Positions 42,946 through 47,862 of a stretch of DNA of 47,862 bases are shown in pieces. The number at the start of each line of letters is the position of its first letter. Position 1 is the stretch's first letter. Origin of the DNA: Clostridia bacterium (GTDB taxonomy: Bacteria; Bacillota; Clostridia; Oscillospirales; CAG-272); NCBI GenBank assembly GCA_017560565.1, contig JAFZET010000298.1, forward strand, positions 1-47,862, in the 5' to 3' direction. A model generated the notes under the pieces. The model had not been told where the DNA came from. It saw only the letters and a list, made by a program, of their open reading frames with translations, and ran no database searches. The position numbers and the translations under genes are program-made.

Positions 42946-44288
42946 TCGTCAAACTCCTTTCCCGTATAGTTGGTAGTGATGGTCAGCGTGGGATCAAAGG
43001 CTGCCAGACGCCGGAAGAAGGAACGTTCCAGCTCCCGCCCCGCCAGAATTCCGGAGAACACAATTTCCATCCGGTCTCCGTAAGAGCAGATGCACACCTG
43101 CTTGGAGGGACTGCTGTTAACGATCAGAAAACGATCCACAAAGGATGCCAGCTCCTTCGGCATGGTGATTTTTCCCATGTTGGACAGGCAGATGGTACGG
43201 CGGTTGTTGGTCAGGATCTGGTACCGGCTCATGACAAAATTCTTCAGCCAGAGGGGCAGAATCCGTACCAGCCAGAACCGTTCGATCTTTACCTGCTCCG
43301 CAATGGTTTCCTCCAGATCCTCAGTGGTCAGCTTCTGCTGAAGGGTTACCGCAACGTGCTGACAGATGGTGGAAAAATCCTCTCCGTTGACAAAATCATA
43401 TTCGATGTCTACAATACCGAAAAAGTTTCTGGCTGTATCGGAGGGGAAATAGTTTCGCAGATTCACCGGAATGGCGACAGATACCGGTTTGTCACGTTCA
43501 CGCGGATCCATAATATCCCGGAGGCTGGCGATCAGCAGTGCTGTGGTAAAAACCGTCAGGGTCACGCCTTCTTCCCTGGCCGCTGTTTTCAGTGCCGTTA
43601 CGGATGCACTTCCTTCCGTTACAAGAAGCCGCAGATCTGTGGTTTTCTGCCCCCGCAGACGATATACCTTCTTCCGCTCCTTGCCCAGTGCGCCGGCAAT
43701 GTTCTTGCTTCGGATCCTGTCTTCCTTATAATACTGACTGAAGCTGTCCACTGCCTTTTCCTGTCCGGAACTGTCAATACCGAGATCCGGCATGGGAGCG
43801 GGGATCACATCCCGATGCAGAGTCGTCAGATACCGGGACAGGATCGTACGGAAAAACATAAGAGCACCTGTGCCGTCGCAGAGGGCATGGAAAACCTCAA
43901 GATGGATCCGGTTTTTGAAATAAAAAACATTGAACAGAAGTCCGCAGGGTTCATTCTGATAGATAGGACCGCAGGGAACAACACATTCTTCCTGAACCAC
44001 CGGGCTGTAATCGGTCCGTTCCAGATAATACCAGAACATTCCGTGGCGCAGCGTGCAGGTGAACAGGGGATAATCTTCCAGAGCGGAATTGACCGCATCC
44101 TCCAGAATCCCCGGCTCTACCTGTTCTCCAAGGACACAGGTGATCCGGAAGACTTCACTGTCTTCACGGGATACCAGTGCCGGGAATACCTTGGCCATAT
44201 TGTCCAGCTTTTCCCAGCGGGCACCTTTGTCCCGCCAGAACAGAAACCGGTTTTCTTTGTGTACGGTGGGCTTCGTTCCGTTTTCCAT
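42942..44288 (-). CDS. Condensation-domain-like acyltransferase (PapA5 / alcohol acetyltransferase / WS-DGAT-type HxxxDG enzyme)
   Basis: Start at ATG 44288 after AGGAG. Active-site-type motif EVFHALCDGTG, which fits HxxxDG. About 448 aa and no signal peptide. The 172-codon upstream extension in the track lacks an RBS and overlaps the divergent gene. Confidence 0.65.
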   Translation of the reverse strand: MENGTKPTVHKENRFLFWRDKGARWEKLDNMAKVFPALVSREDSEVFRITCVLGEQVEPGILEDAVNSALEDYPLFTCTLRHGMFWYYLERTDYSPVVQEECVVPCGPIYQNEPCGLLFNVFYFKNRIHLEVFHALCDGTGALMFFRTILSRYLTTLHRDVIPAPMPDLGIDSSGQEKAVDSFSQYYKEDRIRSKNIAGALGKERKKVYRLRGQKTTDLRLLVTEGSASVTALKTAAREEGVTLTVFTTALLIASLRDIMDPRERDKPVSVAIPVNLRNYFPSDTARNFFGIVDIEYDFVNGEDFSTICQHVAVTLQQKLTTEDLEETIAEQVKIERFWLVRILPLWLKNFVMSRYQILTNNRRTICLSNMGKITMPKELASFVDRFLIVNSSPSKQVCICSYGDRMEIVFSGILAGRELERSFFRRLAAFDPTLTITTNYTGKEFDE

Positions 44289-44456
44289 GTATAACTCCTG
44301 CCAAAAACTCGATACTATGGTATGGTAATGCCGTTGCAGCGACAATTTTACGCAAAACAATACTCTTTCAGTATATATTCTACCACACAAAAACCGGAAT
44401 TGCAAGGGTACGGGGCGAAAAATCCCCGGTACTATCCTGCAGAAAAGGAAGATTAC

Positions 44457-44981
44457 ATGAAAGCAAAAGATCATATCGGCATGGCAGAAATTCTGGCGGA
44501 TGCTTACGGGCTTCGGGGCGGAAAACGGTATGCGTTTCTGGCAGGCAGCATTCTGCCGGATCTCAATCTGTTTTCCTATCTGACACTGACCCGTGAACAT
44601 ACGCTCCGGGGACACAGCTATACCTTCAAACAGCGGAAAATGGAACGGCATCTGCGCCGACCGAAGAAGCATTCTGTTTTCTGGTGGCTGCAGACAGGGG
44701 TGTTCTGTCATTATCTTGCCGATTCCTTTACCGGATCCCACGATGAAAAGCGCAGAATGTCCATTGCCAGCCATCGTGCTTATGAGCACCGGCTTCATCT
44801 GCATTTCCGCAATACACGGAAAAGGCTGCAGATACGCCCGACGGGCAAGCCGATTCCTGCCTCTGAAACCATCGTCCGGATGCGCCGGGAATATGAGAAA
44901 GCGAAAAAGGGTGTGGAAACGGACTGCCGGATGATCATTGAGGCAGTAAAACAGGTAATGGCGGATATGGCAGAGAAATGA
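44457..44981 (+). CDS. Zinc-dependent phospholipase C-like / His-rich metallohydrolase-fold protein (weak call)
   Basis: ATG at 44457 after AAAAGGAAG. His/Asp motifs spaced as in the zinc-PLC family (DHIG, GSILPDLN, GHSY, CHYLADSFTGSHD). The product is basic and about 174 aa. Confidence 0.4.
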   Translation: MKAKDHIGMAEILADAYGLRGGKRYAFLAGSILPDLNLFSYLTLTREHTLRGHSYTFKQRKMERHLRRPKKHSVFWWLQTGVFCHYLADSFTGSHDEKRRMSIASHRAYEHRLHLHFRNTRKRLQIRPTGKPIPASETIVRMRREYEKAKKGVETDCRMIIEAVKQVMADMAEK

Positions 44982-45026
44982 AAAACCTGTCCGTCGGTAC
45001 CGTGTGACCGGTAACTTCCAGACAGG
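44981..45026 (-). terminator. Terminator after the inositol monophosphatase gene
   Basis: Minus strand reads CCTGTC...GACAGG, a 6-bp outer stem with an inner TACCG/CGGTA stem, followed by TTTTTCATTT. Confidence 0.5.
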
Positions 45027-45034
45027 CGTAGGTG

Positions 45035-45832
45035 TTATTGGCAGATATACCCGCCCGCAAGCAGTTCCCCGTAAGCTCTGCCACCGGCGATGACCGGACA
45101 GGGAGTATCAAACCGAAGAGGAGATCCGTCCATGCAGGAGATACTGCCGCCCGCCTCCGTGATCAGCAAAGATCCGGCTGCGTAGTCCCAGGGAGAAAGC
45201 AGATATTCAAAGAACACATCACATCGTCCGGCGGCGATACTGGCAAGATCCAGTGCGGCGGAACCGGAACGGCGGATATCCCGTGCCTTTTGAAACAGTG
45301 ACCACAGCGTGCGGAAGGTAGGCTCGGCGAGGGTTTCCCGATAGTAGGGGGAGGTGCCGAAGAGAACCAGACTGTCGCAGAGTGCACGGGCGCTGGCATG
45401 GAGAGGTACTTGGACCCCTTTTTCCTCCACAAAAGCACCGTGCCCCAGGGAAGCGGTGAACATAGCGTCCGCATAGGGGTTGTAGATTGCACCGTATACG
45501 ATGGTACCTCTGTCACAAACGCCCACGGAGATACAGCTCTGGCGGTAATCCTGCATGAAATTGGTGGTACCATCAATGGGATCCACGATCAGGGTCATCC
45601 CTTCGGCGATCCGGACCGCATGGGTTTCGCTGGATTCTTCCCCCAGCATATCTGCTTCCGGCAGCAGACGGGCAAAATTCTCCCGGAGAAAGTTTTCGGT
45701 ACGGATGTCGTAGTCCGTGACGAAATTCTGACTGCCACCCTTGGCGTGGAGCTGACGCTCTATGTGATCCGCAGAAAGCAGGATTTTAGCGGCTTCTCTG
45801 AGCAGTGAAGGAATACAGGAAAAGTCGGTCAT
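45035..45832 (-). CDS. Inositol monophosphatase family protein (SuhB-like)
   Basis: Family motifs LIVDPIDGTTNF and SPWDYAAGSLLITEAGG. Confidence 0.85.
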   Translation of the reverse strand: MTDFSCIPSLLREAAKILLSADHIERQLHAKGGSQNFVTDYDIRTENFLRENFARLLPEADMLGEESSETHAVRIAEGMTLIVDPIDGTTNFMQDYRQSCISVGVCDRGTIVYGAIYNPYADAMFTASLGHGAFVEEKGVQVPLHASARALCDSLVLFGTSPYYRETLAEPTFRTLWSLFQKARDIRRSGSAALDLASIAAGRCDVFFEYLLSPWDYAAGSLLITEAGGSISCMDGSPLRFDTPCPVIAGGRAYGELLAGGYICQ

Positions 45833-45867
45833 GGTATGTTCCTTTGCTGAATTGGATATTTGTTGGG

Positions 45868-46620
45868 TTATGATTTGGAGAACAATCGTATACCGCCGCA
45901 GTCATACAGGGGAATGGACGAAAGCGTATAAACAGAAAAACAGCGTATCTCTGCCTGATGCAGAAAAACACTATACTCTGCCGGATCGGGTACACCGCAG
46001 AGAAACACTGTATTTCCCCAAACACCGGCACAACCGCCAAAAAAGCCGTGGTCATAACCGGGCAGAAGAATTTTCCTGTCGGGTACGGGAATGACATCGA
46101 TCCCGCAGGCAGAGGCAGCCCGGGTCAGAGATGGATCCGCTGTGGCAACAGCATTTCCCAGGGCAATTCCGCTGCATCCCGCATACCCCTGACGGATGTG
46201 TACCGGGGTGATGCCGGTTTGATCTGCTATGGAAAGAATCTCTGGTGCCAGCGCATCCAGTCTGCCGAACAGGAAGGAGCCGCACAGAAGGGCATTCAGA
46301 GCAATATCCATGGGGTATCTGTTTCCGCGGGGACAGTCCGTCAGAACCAAACGGAATCCTGTAAATACAAGAATCCTGTCGATTTCCTGCTGTGCAATGG
46401 CATAGTAAGAACGATGAACCACCAGCGCATCGTCGATTGCAAAAAGGAGCATATCTGCGTGGGATGCCACGGGTGCAGGCAGAAGCGGATCCGGCGGCAG
46501 CAGTACCACGGTTTCGCAGAACGTCTGCAGGTCAGCCAGCGCAGGAGTCGGTATTGCTGCGGAAACGGCGGCAAGAACTGGAAATTTCTTTGTTTTTGAA
46601 GGTGGAAAGATTTCTGTCAT
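45868..46620 (-). CDS. Conserved hypothetical protein (possibly amidinotransferase/GME-like fold; weak)
   Basis: Coding-like composition. It lies between rpmB and the IMPase gene on the same strand. It has HADM, GYAGCSG and GFFGGCAG motifs. I have no confident family assignment. Confidence 0.5.
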   Translation of the reverse strand: MTEIFPPSKTKKFPVLAAVSAAIPTPALADLQTFCETVVLLPPDPLLPAPVASHADMLLFAIDDALVVHRSYYAIAQQEIDRILVFTGFRLVLTDCPRGNRYPMDIALNALLCGSFLFGRLDALAPEILSIADQTGITPVHIRQGYAGCSGIALGNAVATADPSLTRAASACGIDVIPVPDRKILLPGYDHGFFGGCAGVWGNTVFLCGVPDPAEYSVFLHQAEIRCFSVYTLSSIPLYDCGGIRLFSKS

Positions 46621-46632
46621 AGGTAAAGAAAG

Positions 46633-46663
46633 GGAAAAAACTCCCAGTACGGAACCGGGAGTT
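46633..46663 (-). terminator. Intrinsic terminator after rpmB (possibly partial)
   Basis: Minus strand reads AACTCCCGG-ttccgta-CTGGGAGTT, a 9-bp stem with one G-U pair, followed by TTTTCCC. Confidence 0.65.
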
Positions 46664-46689
46664 TCCTTGATCTTAATATGGAACGAAAC

Positions 46690-46875
46690 TTATGCGCGGG
46701 TTACCTTGCCGGAACGCAGGCAGCGGGAGCAAACGTTTACAGTTACATGAGAACCGTCAACCACAGCCTTAACCTTACGGATGTTGGGCTTCCAGGATCT
46801 GTTGGTCTTCCGGTTGGAGTGAGAAACGTTGTGACCGAATGTAACACCCTTACCGCAAATACAGCACTTAGCCAT
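46690..46875 (-). CDS. rpmB: 50S ribosomal protein L28
   Basis: MAKCCICGKGVTFGHNVSHSNRKTNRSWKPNIRKVK... matches the L28 signature (G-x-NVSHSN-x-KT-x-R). RBS GGAGGTG. Confidence 0.95.
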   Translation of the reverse strand: MAKCCICGKGVTFGHNVSHSNRKTNRSWKPNIRKVKAVVDGSHVTVNVCSRCLRSGKVTRA

Positions 46876-46928
46876 TGCTTAGTACACCTCCGTCTTTGGA
46901 TATTAAGATACAAAAATCAACATGAAAT

Positions 46929-46957
46929 ATTATAGCACACTGCTTTGAAAAAAGCAA
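46929..46957 (-). promoter_or_regulatory. SigmaA-type promoter for rpmB
   Basis: Minus strand reads TTGCTT (46957-46952), a 17-nt spacer, then TATAAT (46934-46929) with an extended -10 TGC. Confidence 0.6.
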
Positions 46958-47035
46958 TAGGAAAACATATTTTTTTTAGAAAAAAATCAGACTTTTTCCG
47001 GAGGTTTTTGTGCTGTTGTGACCAAAAAGACAGCT

Positions 47036-47862
47036 TCAGCCTCTGTCTCGGATAAACTTTTCCAGTCTGTCCAGTGCCTGGGAGATGTGCTCCACGGAGT
47101 AGGCGTAGGAGATTCGCACGAATCCTTCGCCGCATTCACCGAAAGCGGAACCGGGCACCAGTGCCAGCTTATAGTCGTACATCAGGGTTTCACAGAACTG
47201 CTCGCTGGTCATACCGAATTTGGATATATTCGGAAAAACATAGAAAGAACCTTCCGGCGTAAAGCAGTCGATGCCCAGCGCATGAAGTCCGTTCACCAGA
47301 TAGCGGCGGCGGCGGTTGTACTCGGAGCGCATTTTCTCGATATCTTCATCCCCGTTCTTCAGAGCTTCCACGGCGGCAAACTGGGAAGTGGTGGGGGCGC
47401 ACATGATGGCGTACTGATGGATCTTGAGCATCTGTTTCGCCAGAGGTGCCGGTGCGGTGAGATATCCCATCCGCCAGCCGGTCATGGCGTAGGTCTTGGA
47501 GAAGCCGCTGGCCAGAATGGTTCTCTCCCACATACCGGGGATGGAGGCGGGGGAAACATGGGTGCGACCATAAGTCAGCTCCCCATAGATCTCATCGGAC
47601 AGCACCATGATGTCAGTTCCCTGCAGCACTTCGGCGATGGGCTCCAGATCCTCTCTTGTCATGATAGCGCCGGTGGGGTTGCCGGGGAAGGGAAGCACCA
47701 GCAGCTTGGTTTTGGGTGTGATGGCCTGCTCGAGCTGATCGTAGTCCATCTCAAAGGAGTCCTTTTGCGTATCGATCAACACGATCTTTGCACCCACGTG
47801 ATCAATAATGGACGCGGAGGCGGTATACGTATAGGCGGAGGTGATTACCTCGTCACCCTCAC
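47036..47862 (-). CDS. Class I/II PLP-dependent aminotransferase, 5'-partial (continues beyond the window)
   Basis: PLP-lysine motif SGFSKTYAMTGWRMGY. The frame stays open upstream of the listed GTG, through GDEVITSAYTYTASASIIDH, to the window edge. Confidence 0.85.
   Translation of the reverse strand, partial: EGDEVITSAYTYTASASIIDHVGAKIVLIDTQKDSFEMDYDQLEQAITPKTKLLVLPFPGNPTGAIMTREDLEPIAEVLQGTDIMVLSDEIYGELTYGRTHVSPASIPGMWERTILASGFSKTYAMTGWRMGYLTAPAPLAKQMLKIHQYAIMCAPTTSQFAAVEALKNGDEDIEKMRSEYNRRRRYLVNGLHALGIDCFTPEGSFYVFPNISKFGMTSEQFCETLMYDYKLALVPGSAFGECGEGFVRISYAYSVEHISQALDRLEKFIRDRG

Noticed and set aside
44407-44432. Hairpin GTACGGGG-cgaaaaat-CCCC(G)GTAC in the intergenic region upstream of the zinc-PLC-like gene.
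   Set aside because: No T-run follows it on either strand, so it is not a terminator. There is no second copy elsewhere in the window, so it is not a repeat family. It may be a 5'-UTR structure or an operator, but the evidence is too thin.
44289-44804. 172-codon N-terminal extension of the acyltransferase ORF (track ORF 42942..44804).
   Set aside because: The internal ATG at 44288 has a proper AGGAG RBS and begins the homologous domain. The extension would run through the divergent intergenic region and the 5' part of the oppositely oriented zinc-PLC-like gene.
1-47862. Search for CRISPR arrays, tRNA/rRNA genes, IS elements, integrases, prophage or toxin-antitoxin pairs, and long direct or inverted repeats.
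   Set aside because: None found by eye. The only notable repeated DNA is the 3' block shared by the two lipoprotein paralogs. No transposase- or recombinase-like ORFs and no spacer-repeat periodicity were seen.

Overview
This is a moderately GC-rich chromosomal window from a Gram-positive anaerobe, most likely a member of the Clostridia. That assignment is inferred from the SCIFF locus, GGAGG-type RBSs and repeated TTGACA-N17-TATAAT promoters. I call 38 protein-coding genes. Two of them are shorter than 60 aa and absent from the ORF track. I see no rRNA, tRNA, CRISPR array, transposase or integrase.

Gene content, left to right:
- M24B peptidase (5'-partial).
- A minus-strand unit: PD-(D/E)XK nuclease fused to a DinG/XPD helicase, then a DUF4838-like protein, then an SBP-like lipoprotein.
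- A Cys-rich zinc-ribbon protein and an unlisted 29-aa tiny membrane peptide.
- GH38 alpha-mannosidase.
- A heterodimeric ABC exporter with one degenerate ATP site, plus a DMT-type membrane protein.
- An ECF-like sigma factor with a membrane anti-sigma candidate.
- Two tandem paralogous lipoproteins of about 750 aa with SBP-like C-terminal halves.
- An Orn/Lys/Arg-decarboxylase-fold PLP enzyme.
- The SCIFF radical SAM maturase with its unlisted 52-aa six-cysteine precursor.
- A second SBP-like lipoprotein plus a Nudix hydrolase.
- A cytoplasmic glycan and redox cluster: DUF2961/GH172, GH2 beta-mannosidase, a beta-helix protein, Gfo/Idh/MocA, an Fe-S aldo/keto reductase, SGNH hydrolase, an FAD oxidoreductase and a BNR/sialidase-like protein.
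- A secreted protein with a sorting-signal-like C-terminus.
- metNIQ behind a structured leader that I could not assign to a riboswitch class.
- A condensation-type acyltransferase translationally coupled to a zinc-ribbon polytopic membrane protein.
- A zinc-PLC-like protein, an inositol monophosphatase, a conserved hypothetical protein, rpmB, and a class I/II aminotransferase (5'-partial).

I cannot demonstrate a clearly new system from sequence alone. The best candidates for follow-up are:
- the SCIFF module,
- the tandem orphan SBP-fusion lipoproteins next to the ECF pair,
- the acyltransferase and zinc-ribbon membrane protein pair,
- the unclassified metN leader,
- the redox-rich glycoside hydrolase cluster.

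The many very long antisense ORFs in the track are rejected as codon-bias artefacts.
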